DNA of 62,201 bases, the filler included. It is 17 parts of 17 records of this genome, joined end to end, with 100 filler letters (N's around TTAATTAATTAA, not from the genome) between each part and the next. Parts side by side here need not be neighbours in the genome. Positions count along the whole stretch, not along the records: positions 16,213 to 25,189 come from SRR16133337_46589; positions 25,290 to 27,678 come from SRR16133337_46645; positions 27,779 to 32,208 come from SRR16133337_46859; positions 32,309 to 35,310 come from SRR16133337_47011; positions 35,411 to 37,921 come from SRR16133337_47680; 12 more parts are not named here. The stretch is one strand, 5' to 3'. The translations under genes and the position numbers were made by a program. The notes under the pieces are model-generated. The model ran no database searches. It was not told the DNA's origin and worked only from the letters and a program-made list of their open reading frames with translations. This document shows, piece by piece, positions 23,387-35,760 of this stretch; position 1 is the first letter of the stretch; each line of letters opens with the position of its first letter.

Positions 23387-24433
23387 ATGTACAAATCGCT
23401 TATACGCCCCATCCTTTTTCAATTCGATCCAGAAAAAGTACACCATTTTACTTTTTTAGGGATTAAAATTCTTTCAAAAATCCCTGGAATCCCTTCTTTA
23501 TTAAGAAGGATTTATCAAGTAAATGATGTAAGATTGGAAAGAGAATTGTTTGGATTGAAATTCAAAAACCCTGTTGGTTTGGCGGCAGGATTTGACAAAA
23601 ATGCGGTTTTATATAACGAATTGGCAAATTTCGGATTTGGATTTATCGAAATAGGAACCATCACCCCAAAAGGTCAAGTTGGAAATCCAAAGAAACGTTT
23701 GTTTCGCCTAAAAGAAGACCAAGGGATTCTCAATAGAATGGGCTTTAATAACGATGGAGTAGTAGCAGTTATAGAAAATTTAAAAGAAAACAAAGGCAAA
23801 GTTATCATAGGAGGAAATATTGGTAAAAATACGGGTATTCCAACGGAACAATACACACAAGATTATTGTGCTACCTTTAAAGCTTTACATCCCTATGTAG
23901 ATTATTTTGTTTTAAATATAAGCTGTCCAAATGTAAGCAGTCATGCCAAACTACAAGACAAAGACTATTTGTTAGCGCTAATTGTGGCAGTTCAAAAGTT
24001 AAATGCGAAGGAGGTCATCCAAAAACCAATTTTATTAAAAATTGCTCCAGATTTGAATTCCCAACAGCTAGATGAAATCATTGAATTGGTAACCAAAACT
24101 AAAATAGATGGGGTGATAGCCTCCAATACCTCTACAAATAGGGAAGGATTAAAAGTAACAAAAAAACGATTAGAAATTATCGGAAATGGCGGACTTAGTG
24201 GAAAACCGATCAAAGACAGAAGTACCGCTACCATTAAATATTTAGCCGAAAAATCCAACAAATCATTCCCAATCATTGGAGTAGGAGGAATCCATTCCGC
24301 AGAAGATGCACTTGAAAAAATAGAGGCAGGGGCAGATTTGGTACAAATCTATACAGGATTTATTTACGAAGGTCCCTATTTGCCTAAAAAAATCAACAAA
24401 GCAATCCTGAATAAGTATACTCAGCCCACCTAG
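23387..24433 (+). CDS. pyrD: Quinone-dependent dihydroorotate dehydrogenase
   Basis: [42 protein letters not shown]. Confidence 0.97.
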   Translation: MYKSLIRPILFQFDPEKVHHFTFLGIKILSKIPGIPSLLRRIYQVNDVRLERELFGLKFKNPVGLAAGFDKNAVLYNELANFGFGFIEIGTITPKGQVGNPKKRLFRLKEDQGILNRMGFNNDGVVAVIENLKENKGKVIIGGNIGKNTGIPTEQYTQDYCATFKALHPYVDYFVLNISCPNVSSHAKLQDKDYLLALIVAVQKLNAKEVIQKPILLKIAPDLNSQQLDEIIELVTKTKIDGVIASNTSTNREGLKVTKKRLEIIGNGGLSGKPIKDRSTATIKYLAEKSNKSFPIIGVGGIHSAEDALEKIEAGADLVQIYTGFIYEGPYLPKKINKAILNKYTQPT

Positions 24434-24454
24434 AATTCTGTATCTTTGGTTCTG

Positions 24455-25189
24455 ATGAAACCCTTTGTAAAGATCATAGAATGTCCTAGAGATGCGATGC
24501 AAGGCATCAAAGAATTTATTCCTACAAAAGCAAAAGCAACCTATATCAATGCTTTGTTAGGGGTAGGTTTTGATACGATTGATTTTGGAAGTTTTGTATC
24601 TCCGAAAGCCATTCCTCAGATGCGAGATACAGCAGAAGTTTTAGCACAATTAGATGTCTCAGAAACCCAAAGTAAATTGTTGGTAATTGTTGCTAACATA
24701 CGAGGAGCAAAAGATGCTTCCAATTTTGAAGAAATCGATTATTTAGGTTTTCCTTTTTCTATTTCTGAAAATTTTCAAATGAGAAATACTCATAAAACCA
24801 TTGAAGAATCCGTAAAAGTATTGGATGAAATTTTAACGATTGCTAGGAATTCCAATAAAAAAGTAGTTACCTATTTGTCCATGGGTTTTGGGAATCCCTA
24901 TGGAGATCCTTGGAATGTAGATCTTGTTGCAAAATGGATAGAGCGTTTGTCTTCTATGGGAGTTGAAATCATATCCTTATCTGATACGATTGGAAGTGCA
25001 ACACCCGAAATTATATCCTATTTGTTTTCAAGTCTAATCCCTAAGTATCCACAAATTGAATTCGGTGCACACCTACACACAACCTATGCTTCTTGGAAAG
25101 ATAAAGTTGATGCCGCATTCAAAGCTGGGTGTCTTCGTTTTGATGGAGCTATCAAAGGTTATGGGGGTTGTCCAATGGCAAAAGATGAA
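24455..25189 (+). CDS. hmgL: Hydroxymethylglutaryl-CoA lyase, 3'-truncated
   Basis: ECPRDAMQG, GSFVSPKAIPQM, LSDTIG, HLH, GYGGCP. Confidence 0.9.
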
Positions 25190-25464
25190 NNNNNNNNNNN
25201 NNNNNNNNNNNNNNNNNNNNNNNNNNNNNNNNNTTAATTAATTAANNNNNNNNNNNNNNNNNNNNNNNNNNNNNNNNNNNNNNNNNNNNCTCCAACTGGG
25301 CGTTTTCCAATATATTTTCCGTTTCGGCCCGAACTCGCATAAAATTGGACAGGCAAAACATATAAAAGAATCCGACACCCCAGTAAAATGTTTTTATTTT
25401 TCCCGGTATTCCCAACTAAAAACCGTTGAATTTTACTTTCATACGAAATCACTAATTAACATAC

Positions 25465-27544
25465 TATGCATTTCCGAGAGCAAACGCAAGTGCAGACATA
25501 AGATCATCTGGCATAGCAAATAAAAGTCCTTCCTTAAATCGTCCAGGATTATTGTACATCATGTGTAATTGTGTTGCTGGATGTATTAAAACAACTCCAA
25601 TCAGATGGTAAATAACTCGCAACATTAAAGCCTCTTCAAGAGTATTGTCGTCCGTAAAACGCATCAAACTAAAATAACACAAAACATATTATACTTTTTG
25701 TAGGGAGAAGAATAACAAGAATTTTGAGACAATACCATTATTTATGAAGAAATACACATATTTAGCCCTCGACTTCGGGTGTTAAAATTGAAAACGGAAC
25801 GTATGCCATTGTTCTTTCAATTTTAATATTTTGTGTAGCAATTTTTACACATGTTTCGAGCCGGTTTGCAAATAAAGCACAACATTAAGGCTAAAACATT
25901 TGTACGTTTCGAGTATCCAAAACGTCATTAGATGAATAAAGTCGTAGTCAAGTGCTCAAAATGTCTCTTTTTCTTCCTTAAAATATGCTGACGGTTTGTC
26001 AGATGATAAACCGTTGTACAGCGTTCTACCTTTCCAAGAACAAATGAACACGTTATTTTTTCGAGCAATTCTTGTTGGGGAAACTTATTACAGCCATTTA
26101 CAACGATTTTATTGTGCTTCAAAATCGTTATTGTGATCTTTTTTTAGACAGTTTTTATCTCGAGTCGACAAATATTGATACATGCGATCGACATAAAAAT
26201 TGATGTGTATCGTGCAAACACTAAAATTAATACACTAATAAATTTAAAATCCAAACACCTTCAAAAATGATTTCGCCTCCGTACAGATCTAAACGTCAAC
26301 CTGTTCGTTATCATGTGTAAAAACAAAATTTACCATTTCTACTGTAGACTTAGAAACTTTGCCGCGTGGATTTTCTTTTCTGCCAACCACATACTCCGTT
26401 TTTTGTTGAACAGCCCGCCAACACGGCGATTAATTTCCTTCCTATGAAATTTAACATTTTTTTGGAAATATCTTTGTCCCATTATGAAAAGTGTTTTCGT
26501 TCCATGCACTTATATTCAAAATACGAGCTATTTACTGCAGCCAGAAATATCAATAGTTCGCAAAATATACAAGCTGCAACTTTTGGTCCCAACTTCAAAC
26601 CATTGAGTTTAAGCAAAAATATTTATGTGTGGAAAATATTTTTGTTTGGTTTGCAAACTTCAAAAAACCCAAACACATTTTTGTACAAAATATTACAACA
26701 AAGCAGAAAAGAAACGTCTTCTTACAAACACGCAAAATTTAACAAACAAAACAGACATCCTTGGAAATCATTGGTTGTTTGAGAAACATAAAAAACTTTC
26801 CATTTTATGATTTTTCGCTGTCCAATCGTGACGAAAAGGACGGAAAGTATTAGCAATGGTATACGTAGTGCAAGAAAAAAATTTGGATTCTTAAGCAAAA
26901 TTAATTTATGATAAGGCCCAATTCATAGAAAGGTAAGTGTTAAACACATAAGTTTCCTCATGTATGCGACATTTTAATTCGCCTTTTCGCTTTTTTTATC
27001 ACAGTTTGCCTCTTTTTTTTACACTCAACAAAAGTTAGAGTGTGGTACCTCAATATGGGAGCGAATAACATAGTGTTTCAAAATTTCCTCATGTAGCATT
27101 TTGCCCCAAATTTTACGTATTAATTTTGTGCATAGCGTTATTTCATACGCAAAACGTGTTTTGTGTTTCGTTGCTAAACCACATTTACATTCTTGTGCAA
27201 GGAAGTTTCGAAAAAATGAAAATTGTCTAAACGATTTTTTTTTCAACTTCAACTTCAAAACGTATTCCCATTGTCTTCCCCAAAAACTTCAAAAAACATT
27301 ACAACGTTAAAAATGCATATTAACCTCTTCCGCTTAAATTTGTTATTCGCAATATTAACGAGTAATCTTTTCCATCGTTTGTCTCGTAATGTTTTATCCA
27401 TTGCTCTACTTTCGAGCCAATCTTGCACTTCACGTTGTTTATCATTATTTCTGAAATATCCTAATTCAACTGCAGAACTAATGAGATGAGGAAGCTCTTC
27501 TGTTTTAATTTCAATTGTCTTCAGCGCCTTTGCGGTGTTTGCAT
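25465..27544 (-). CDS. Eukaryotic gene fragment, possibly RNF213-like (segment before the RZ finger); exons 27325-27544, 25465-25668
   Basis: Phase-2 compatible GT-AG join; ...RVIYHLIGVVL...MYNNPGRFKEGLLFAMPDDLMSALAFALGNA(Y) resembles the F/L-P-x-MPED segment that precedes the RZ zinc finger; the finger itself is not on the contig. Confidence 0.4.
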
Positions 27545-27825
27545 CTAAAACACAATTATCAAAACACAATCACTTCAAAATGTGTACTGAGAATATTTTA
27601 TTTTGTCATGTCACATGTTCTTCAAAATTCATGAACATATGATTTTTTTATGGATTCTTAACTGTGTTTTGCCTGTCCNNNNNNNNNNNNNNNNNNNNNN
27701 NNNNNNNNNNNNNNNNNNNNNNTTAATTAATTAANNNNNNNNNNNNNNNNNNNNNNNNNNNNNNNNNNNNNNNNNNNNAAAATTCGGGTTTCTAAGTGGG
27801 CGGAGTATGTGGTTATTTGTACAAT

Positions 27826-28941
27826 ATGCGAAGAGAATTTTTAATCAAAAAGATAGCGTTTTTACTGTTTTTAGTTTGCCTTGTTTCTAGTGCACAATCT
27901 CATGAAAATAAGGAAGCAGTGCCATTGTCTAAGATCGTACCCGAATCTAAGCAAACTCTAAAAGACGAAATTAAAGAATTTATCAACCATCATTTGTTAG
28001 ATTCTCACGATTTTAATCTGTTTTCATACAAAGATGCCACTGGAAAAGAAATCCATATTGGAGCATCTTTACCCGTTATTTTATGGGATTCAAAAACAGG
28101 ATTGCATGTATTTTCTTCTTCTAAGTTTCACCACGGTAAAGCCATCGCACAGCATCATAATAGCTATTATAAATTAGAGCATGGTAAAATTTATAAAACA
28201 GCGGCACAGGGTACTATTGATTATGATGAGGATCACCATGCAACCAATGTAAAACCTTTAGATTTTTCGATTACTAAAAACGTTGTTTTTATATTTCTAG
28301 TAGGTTTATTGATGTTGATGATGTTTGGTCGCATGGCAAAAAACTACAAAAACAATGCAATGCCAAAAGGAATGGGGCGTTTGTTAGAACCCATTATCTT
28401 ATATATAAGAGATGATATTGCCATTCCAAATATTGGAGAAAAAAAATACAAAAGATACATGAGTTATTTGTTGACGGTATTCTTTTTTATATGGATTATC
28501 AATTTGTTAGGGTTAACACCACTCGGAGTAAATGTTACCAATAACATTGCCGTAACTTTAGCATTGGCTCTAATGACTTATGCAATCACCACTTTTTCTG
28601 GAAATAAAAATTATTGGGGACATATTTTTTGGATGCCGGGAGTTCCAGTTCTCATGAGATTTGTTTTAGCTCCTATTGAATTATTAGGAACAATTATCAA
28701 ACCTTTTTCATTAATGATTCGTTTGTATGCGAACATTACTGCAGGTCATATAGTTCTCATGAGCATTGTAGGATTGATGTTTATCTTTAAAAACTGGATT
28801 GGAAGTCCCCTCTCTTTTGGCTTGGCATTGATTCTTTCTTTATTAGAATTATTAGTAGCAACACTACAAGCTTATATTTTCACCATGCTCTCTGCACTTT
28901 ATTTTGGTTTCGCTGTAGAAGAGCATGAGCAGGCTCATTAA
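27826..28941 (+). CDS. atpB: F0F1 ATP synthase subunit a (Bacteroidota long form)
   Basis: LDFSITKN, PFSLMIRLYANITAGH, LQAYIFTML; ATG 27826 preferred because GTG 27796 lies in a REP-like end. Confidence 0.96.
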   Translation: MRREFLIKKIAFLLFLVCLVSSAQSHENKEAVPLSKIVPESKQTLKDEIKEFINHHLLDSHDFNLFSYKDATGKEIHIGASLPVILWDSKTGLHVFSSSKFHHGKAIAQHHNSYYKLEHGKIYKTAAQGTIDYDEDHHATNVKPLDFSITKNVVFIFLVGLLMLMMFGRMAKNYKNNAMPKGMGRLLEPIILYIRDDIAIPNIGEKKYKRYMSYLLTVFFFIWIINLLGLTPLGVNVTNNIAVTLALALMTYAITTFSGNKNYWGHIFWMPGVPVLMRFVLAPIELLGTIIKPFSLMIRLYANITAGHIVLMSIVGLMFIFKNWIGSPLSFGLALILSLLELLVATLQAYIFTMLSALYFGFAVEEHEQAH

Positions 28942-28973
28942 AATTGAATGTTTAATTAATAAATAGATGTATT

Positions 28974-29165
28974 ATGACAATTCCAACTATGGTAGGAGCA
29001 GGTTTAATCGTAATCGGTGCAGGTATAGGTATCGGTAGAATTGGTGGATCCGCAATGGATGCTATCGCACGTCAACCAGAAGCTTTTGGTAAAATTCAAG
29101 TGGCGATGCTTATTGCCGCAGCACTTATTGAAGGTATTGGATTTGCTGCATTATTTGCAGTTTAA
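28974..29165 (+). CDS. atpE: ATP synthase subunit c
   Basis: GxGxGxG repeats, ARQPE, ALIEG. Confidence 0.97.
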   Translation: MTIPTMVGAGLIVIGAGIGIGRIGGSAMDAIARQPEAFGKIQVAMLIAAALIEGIGFAALFAV

Positions 29166-29170
29166 ATAAT

Positions 29171-29208
29171 AAACAAACGGCGGCAACGGTTGGTTGTCGC
29201 TATTGTTT
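29171..29208 (+). promoter_or_regulatory. Intergenic stem-loop between atpE and atpF
   Basis: aaacaa-acggcggcaac-ggttg-gttgtcgcta-ttgttt. Confidence 0.55.
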
Positions 29209-29243
29209 AAAACAAAATGGATTAAATAACAATTTATAAACTT

Positions 29244-29744
29244 ATGGACAAGTTAATAGAGCAGTTTTCATTAGGATTGTTTTTCTGGCAATTACTATTG
29301 TTTATTAGTTTGCTATTCTTATTAAAAAAATTCGCTTGGAAACCCATTTTAAATGCGGTTAACGATAGAGAAGAAGGAATCAAGAAGGCATTAGAATCTG
29401 CGGAAGAAGCTAAAAAAGAAATGCAGTCTTTAAATGCAGATAACGAACGTATTTTAAAAGAAGCAAGAACAGAAAGAGATCGTTTGTTAAAAGATGCTCG
29501 TGAGATCAAAGAAAAAATGATTTCTGAGGCAAAAGAAGAAGCTCAAAAGCAAGCAGGAATTATCATCGACAATACAAAAAAGACTATTGAAGTTGAAAAA
29601 CAAGCAGCCCTTGCAGATTTGAAAACACAAGTAGCCGAGTTGTCTATCCATATTGCTGAAAAAATAGTAAAAAGAGAATTGAGTGCTGAAAAAGAGCAAT
29701 TAGCATGGGTCGATAAAATATTAGGAGACGTTCCCTTAAACTAA
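29244..29744 (+). CDS. atpF: ATP synthase subunit b
   Basis: GLFFWQ, KKFAWKPIL...RE, long coiled coil. Confidence 0.96.
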   Translation: MDKLIEQFSLGLFFWQLLLFISLLFLLKKFAWKPILNAVNDREEGIKKALESAEEAKKEMQSLNADNERILKEARTERDRLLKDAREIKEKMISEAKEEAQKQAGIIIDNTKKTIEVEKQAALADLKTQVAELSIHIAEKIVKRELSAEKEQLAWVDKILGDVPLN

Positions 29745-29751
29745 GAGTACG

Positions 29752-30309
29752 ATGAAAGGAACTAGAGCCGCATTGCGGTACGCAAAAGCAGTTTTGAATC
29801 TTGCAAAAGAGACGAGCAATGAAGTGGAGGTAAATAACTCTATGCAGTTAATTGCTCATACAATTGTGGGAAGTAAAGAGCTTGCGGTGGTATTAAAAAG
29901 TCCAATAATCAAAGGGGTCGATAAAATGAAGGCTTTAAAAGCTGTTTTTTCGGATGCTATAGATCCAATAGCTCTTGGAGTCATTGGTTTGTTAAGAGAG
30001 AACAAAAGATTGCCTTTGTTGACGTTAGTTGCAAAACAATATTCCATATTGTTTGATTTCGACAAACTAGTTGAAGTTGCTAAAGTAACAACAGCAATTC
30101 CTTTAACAGAGGATTTAAAAAAGAAAGTGCTTGTAAAAATAAAAGAGCTAACAGGAAATAAAGCTTCTATAGAAAATGTAGTAGATGCTACTATTATTGG
30201 AGGGTTTATTTTACGTGTGGGTGATCTTCAATACGACGCAAGTATTTCTAATAATTTTAACGAGTTGAAAAGACAATTTGACAACCGTCATTTTGTCGCA
30301 AAAATTTAA
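29752..30309 (+). CDS. atpH: ATP synthase subunit delta
   Basis: RYAKA, IIGGFILRVGD.QYDASI. Confidence 0.95.
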   Translation: MKGTRAALRYAKAVLNLAKETSNEVEVNNSMQLIAHTIVGSKELAVVLKSPIIKGVDKMKALKAVFSDAIDPIALGVIGLLRENKRLPLLTLVAKQYSILFDFDKLVEVAKVTTAIPLTEDLKKKVLVKIKELTGNKASIENVVDATIIGGFILRVGDLQYDASISNNFNELKRQFDNRHFVAKI

Positions 30310-30314
30310 TGAGA

Positions 30315-30477
30315 TATTTCCTCTAACTTGGTTTTCGGAAAATTTAGCCCATTATTTTTGTAGGTAGCAAGGCTAAATCTTCAAATATTGCATGGCTATG
30401 GTTGAAAATGGAAACGAAGCTAGAAGTAAAAAGAAACCGCTAAAAATTCGGAAAGGGTAGGAGGGAGTATATATCTA
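30315..30477. repeat. ~160-bp MITE/REP-like element between atpH and atpA
   Basis: Imperfect terminal inverted repeats; homologous in reverse orientation to 49781-50012 (gttttcgga.aatttagcc.att.ttttt...tagcaag.ctaaat.ttcaaa.at.gcat.gctatggtt). Confidence 0.7.
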
Positions 30478-30488
30478 AATAATAGAAG

Positions 30489-32066
30489 ATGGCAACAATT
30501 AAAGCCGCTGAAGTTTCAGCAATTTTAAAACAACAATTGACAAATTTTGAAGCTTCTGCTTCCTTAAGTGAAGTAGGAACTGTTTTACAAGTAGGGGATG
30601 GTATTGCTCGTGTATACGGTTTGGCAAAGGTACAATATGGAGAATTGGTTCAGTTTGAATCGGGTTTAGAAGGGATTGTATTGAATTTAGAAGAAGACAA
30701 CGTTGGAGTTGTACTTTTAGGTGCTTCCATTTCCGTGAAAGAAGGGTCTACAGTGAAGCGTACAGAACGTATTGCTTCTTTACAAGTTGGAGAAGGAATT
30801 GTTGGGCGTGTTGTAGATACCTTAGGAAACCCAATTGATGGGAAAGGACCTATTGTTGGTGAAACTTTTGAAATGCCTTTAGAACGTAAAGCACCAGGGG
30901 TAATTTTTCGGGAGCCTGTTACGGAGCCCTTGCAAACAGGAATCAAATCTGTAGATGCCATGATTCCTATTGGTCGTGGTCAACGTGAATTGATTATTGG
31001 TGACCGTCAAACAGGAAAATCAACCGTTGCGATTGATACCATCTTAAATCAAAAAGAATTTTACGATGCAGGCGTACCTGTATATTGTATTTATGTTGCC
31101 ATTGGACAAAAAGCGTCTACGGTGGCAGGTATTGTAAACTTATTTGAAGAAAAGGGTGCCTTAGCCTATACGACTGTGGTTGCGGCTAGTGCATCGGATC
31201 CTGCTCCCATGCAGGTATATGCTCCTTTTACAGGGGCGGCCATTGGAGAATACTTTAGAGATACGGGCAGACCTGCTTTGATTATTTTTGATGATTTATC
31301 AAAACAAGCTGTTGCTTACCGTGAGGTATCTTTGTTATTGAGAAGACCCCCTGGACGTGAGGCATATCCTGGAGATGTATTTTACTTACATTCTAGATTG
31401 TTAGAGCGTGCGGCAAAAGTAATCCACAACGATCCTATTGCCGCTCAAATGAATGATATTCCTGTTTCTTTACAAGGAAAAATTAAAGGAGGAGGTTCTT
31501 TAACGGCTTTGCCAATAATTGAAACCCAAGCAGGAGATGTATCCGCCTACATTCCTACCAATGTAATTTCGATTACAGATGGACAAATTTTCTTGGAGTC
31601 TGATTTATTCAACTCGGGAGTACGTCCAGCAATCAACGTAGGTATTTCTGTATCTCGTGTTGGAGGGAATGCACAGATCAAATCCATGAAAAAAGTAGCA
31701 GGTACTTTAAAATTAGATCAAGCACAATACCGAGAGTTAGAAGCTTTTGCGAAATTTGGTTCAGATTTAGATGCCGCTACAATGAATGTAATTTCTAAAG
31801 GACAACGCAATGTTGAAATTTTAAAACAAGCACAAAATGACCCTTATTCTGTAGAAGATCAGATAGCCATTATTTATGCGGGTTCTAAAAACTTGTTAAA
31901 AGAGGTTCCTGTAAACAAGGTAAAAGAATTTGAAGCAGATTATATCTCCTACTTAAATGCAAAGCATAGAGATACTTTAGATTCTTTGAAATCAGGGAAG
32001 TTAGAAAAAAAATCTTTAGAGGTTCTGGAAATGGTGGCTACTGAAATTTCAGCAAAATTTAATTAA
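30489..32066 (+). CDS. atpA: ATP synthase subunit alpha
   Basis: [51 protein letters not shown]. Confidence 0.98.
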   Translation: MATIKAAEVSAILKQQLTNFEASASLSEVGTVLQVGDGIARVYGLAKVQYGELVQFESGLEGIVLNLEEDNVGVVLLGASISVKEGSTVKRTERIASLQVGEGIVGRVVDTLGNPIDGKGPIVGETFEMPLERKAPGVIFREPVTEPLQTGIKSVDAMIPIGRGQRELIIGDRQTGKSTVAIDTILNQKEFYDAGVPVYCIYVAIGQKASTVAGIVNLFEEKGALAYTTVVAASASDPAPMQVYAPFTGAAIGEYFRDTGRPALIIFDDLSKQAVAYREVSLLLRRPPGREAYPGDVFYLHSRLLERAAKVIHNDPIAAQMNDIPVSLQGKIKGGGSLTALPIIETQAGDVSAYIPTNVISITDGQIFLESDLFNSGVRPAINVGISVSRVGGNAQIKSMKKVAGTLKLDQAQYRELEAFAKFGSDLDAATMNVISKGQRNVEILKQAQNDPYSVEDQIAIIYAGSKNLLKEVPVNKVKEFEADYISYLNAKHRDTLDSLKSGKLEKKSLEVLEMVATEISAKFN

Positions 32067-32159
32067 AAAAGGAGCAGTGGCTACAGAATAGTTCGTTATG
32101 AGACTAACGACTCAGTACTAACTGGGCGGAGTATAATTACCCACTACTAAATACCAACC

Positions 32160-32208
32160 ACGAATTACGAATTACGAGCTACGAACTACGAACTACGAAC
32201 TACGAACT
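32160..32208. repeat. 7-bp tandem repeat ACGAA(C/T)T x7 at contig end
   Basis: acgaatt acgaatt acgagct acgaact x4. Confidence 0.88.
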
Positions 32209-34700
32209 NNNNNNNNNNNNNNNNNNNNNNNNNNNNNNNNNNNNNNNNNNNNTTAATTAATTAANNNNNNNNNNNNNNNNNNNNNNNNNNNNNNNNNNNN
32301 NNNNNNNNAAAAATCTATTTTTAGCTCAAAATTTAAAACATTTTTGTGGGTTGAAAATTCACTGTGTGGTGGTGATCATGAATTTATGTAATAAAAGTAT
32401 GCTACGCTACATTCATGTGATTTTTTCACAAAATGTTGAACTATTTTTTCACTGAAAAATATTATGATACCATAATAATACTCGTACAAAGAAGGCAAAC
32501 TCATAAACCACATTTTTTTGCACAATCCATGTCCCCAAAACTCCGCACATTTCCATCCCCCTCATTGTATTTAGAATGAATACCTAAAACCCCACGCAAC
32601 ACCCACACACTACACTAAATCAAAATGTTAAGAGAAAGAAGGCGCCTCTCAACACAAAAGACAAAACGAGCTGAGTGCCAATTAAATTAAAATGTGTATG
32701 TGTTGAGAACGAGATTAATAAGCGAGGGGGTTCAGTGGGCGCCTTTTGTTTCCATTCATTTTGCACTTTTACCCAAAAGCATTTCGCAAAATTCCAATTA
32801 TTCCCAACACTCCCACGTAAATATTAACTTACCTCCTTTTGAGGAATTGGTGGGAGAAGATTAAAAACTTTCTCAATCCTCAACGGAAGGAGGCTCCCCG
32901 GTTTTTTTTGTCTTCACGAAAACCCAGCGGCGAAATTAATGTTGAGTGAAAAAGGGATTGTGAGCAAAGTATTTTTCACTACTTGGGTGTCTACTGCGAA
33001 ATTCCTCAAAATTAATTAATAATACTGATTGTCCTACATTTCATCAAAATTCGAAAATTGCAGGTGTTTTGTGGATTTTCAGTTTTGACAGTTACACAAG
33101 GGTGTTAATCAAATGAAATGCACCCTTCAATTGTGTCATTTTTTGAAAATGAAAAGAATTACATTTTGAAGCCATTCCAATCACCGATTTAATAAAAAAA
33201 TGGTTCAGCACGGCTTTCCATTAGTTTTTTGACTATGGCACATACATTCTTTTTTTGTGATACGTGTAGAATGTTTTTTGGAAATGAAATCCTTTTTTTT
33301 TGGTGTTGGCTTTTCATGTGTTTTTCAATCCTGTCAATTCTAAAATACGATTTTTGTACAAGCCAAAGAGACAGCAAACCCAAGAGATCAAAACAAATTT
33401 TCATTTTCCCCAAAATTCGAACCCCAATCGTCAAATTTCGTAATTCTGGTGTATCGCCCGGTGAAAGTCACAATAAACATTTTCTATTTTTTATTTGCGG
33501 CATGCAAACAACACGAATTTTCGCAATTGGGGGAGTACAGTAAGGAGGCTTGTGCCGAAATGTATCAACAAAAATGAAAGAGCAAAAACCTTAATTGTTT
33601 TTAAAATAAGAACACGACACATTCTAATTTTTGCGAGTGAGTGGGCGAAAATTCACTCTTCAGATGGAGCGCTATTCAATTTGACCCTTTTCTGTTTTTT
33701 AAAAGCACCGACTGTTTCCTCTCGAAAAAGTGAATGCGCACTAGTGATAAATTTCGCCACAAATTTCGACGTTACGAGAGAAGACAAACTAATGCCCAAC
33801 ATTTTTCGCAAAACAGCTTACCCCATTTCGAAGAAGGCTCTTCGTTCACACCAACATTCAACAAGTGCTTCAAATGGCTCCTTCACATTGTTTTCCATAC
33901 ACTGAGAGAAGCTAAAATTTCGTTATTTTTGCCATTCAACTAAATGGTTGATTTTTCTATTTTCATGCATTCAGACAATTGGTTTGGTCAAGTTGGTGTA
34001 AATGGTTCACCCTGAAATTTCCAAAAAAAAAAAATCCACTCTTTTCCGAATGGAGCCGTGCGAAATTTTTGCCTTGATTTTCCGTTACCTTTCACGGAAA
34101 ACTGTAAAGGACATCTATAATTGCGTGTTGACTTTGTGGCGAAGGGCTGTGTTCGAAAACAAATTTTGATTATTGTGCGCAGTTTTGAAAGCGTTTGTAC
34201 AAAACCAAATATGGTCAGTTCTCTTTATTTTGGACTCAAACCATGCAATTTAGTTTCACTTGTGAGTATTTCCGCTTCCGGTCGCAATTTTGATGCGGCA
34301 ACGCTCTTGTGCGTCGGTTTGCCATTTTATTTTGGTTCACGGGTTTCGCGCGCTATCACTGACCTTTTCAACTCGTCGGATTAAGGGGACGTGCCTGTAT
34401 GAAGTAGCAAAAAAACTTGAGCTCAGTTCATCCGAGTAATTGAGCGTCTCTTTTCTTTCCTCAACGGATACGGCCATCTCCCCTCCATTTTGGTTGGAAA
34501 TCGGCCTTCTCATTTTTTGGACTTGTTGGGGGGACTCTCATTCCATCACAATTCAAAATTCACTTGCCAATTTTTAGTAGTTGATGTGGGACGTTCGTGT
34601 GAAAGCACGGTGTATTTTGGAACCCATTTATTTGAGTGGGTGGGGTGGACCCAATTTTGTCAATTAAAAATGAAGTTATGTTAGGCAACACGTCATCCCC

Positions 34701-34868
34701 ATGTCTTCTGGTGTAGAAATGGTCGCTGCCAGTAACTCACAACAAGATCTCAATTCTTCAATGGAAATGTCAGAGACACACTCAGGAGAACACCCGCCCC
34801 GTCAAAGAAGAGCTCGATCACTAAGTGGGGATGATGAAGGCTCTGTTGAGATTAAAGAAGACGATAAG
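34701..34868 (+). CDS. Putative first coding exon of an unknown eukaryotic protein
   Basis: ATG...MSSGVEMVAASNSQQDL...RARSLSGDDEGSVEIKEDDK then aag|gtatgt; no family recognised. Confidence 0.35.
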
Positions 34869-35760
34869 GTATGTGTGTGACAAATCTTATTTTTTTGGGT
34901 GCGTTCAGTGGATTTGCATGTGGTGTTTTCACTCAGACCCCACGAGAAACAGAAAGTTGAATAATTGGTTTGATGACAATACTTATCTGACAGCACAATT
35001 GTTTTTATCTTTCGATTTCACTCCTGGAATATTTGGGAGTCAGAAACTTTGAAAAAATACACAGCACTAAAAAAGCGCTTTTGAAAATTCGGCTTGTCTT
35101 AATGGTCGGATCACACCTTGGGAAGTGGAGGTAAGAGAACACGTCATATTATTGTTCAGGGATCTATCTCCATTCATGGTGTTTTTTTCCCTTGCGTACA
35201 GTGCGTTGATCCTGAAATATTTGAAATATGCATTTGATTATTTTGTGCGCCACATTTATTTTTGGGTTTTGTACGCAACTCGTAAATTCATTTCCCAATA
35301 ATTTTTTTGANNNNNNNNNNNNNNNNNNNNNNNNNNNNNNNNNNNNNNNNNNNNTTAATTAATTAANNNNNNNNNNNNNNNNNNNNNNNNNNNNNNNNNN
35401 NNNNNNNNNNCAATAATGAACAAAAATACACAAAAATTGGAGAGCACTTTTGAAGAATCCAAAAAATTTTCGCAGGGGTACGTTCGATAATTTCTCATTG
35501 ATTTGCGACAAATCAAAAACCGATATGAGATTTACCACCTTTTAAGGATTTTGAAAAACGACTTTTATTGTTTTTTACTTTTTTCTTTTTCATATGGATT
35601 GTTCACTTGAAATGTGAAAAAATATTATGAAAACATCCTAAAAGTCAATCTTGCATTCATATTTGTTTGTTAAAATTTTGTGTGGTGAAGATTTCGAGGT
35701 AAGAAAATGCACTTTTTACATATTAAAAATGTTACGTATATTTGTTACCTTGCCATTTAC

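Noticed and set aside
32828-32845. U1 snRNA-like start ACTTACCT
   Set aside because: No U1 stem-loops follow; better explained as a minus-strand splice donor (ag|gtaagt)
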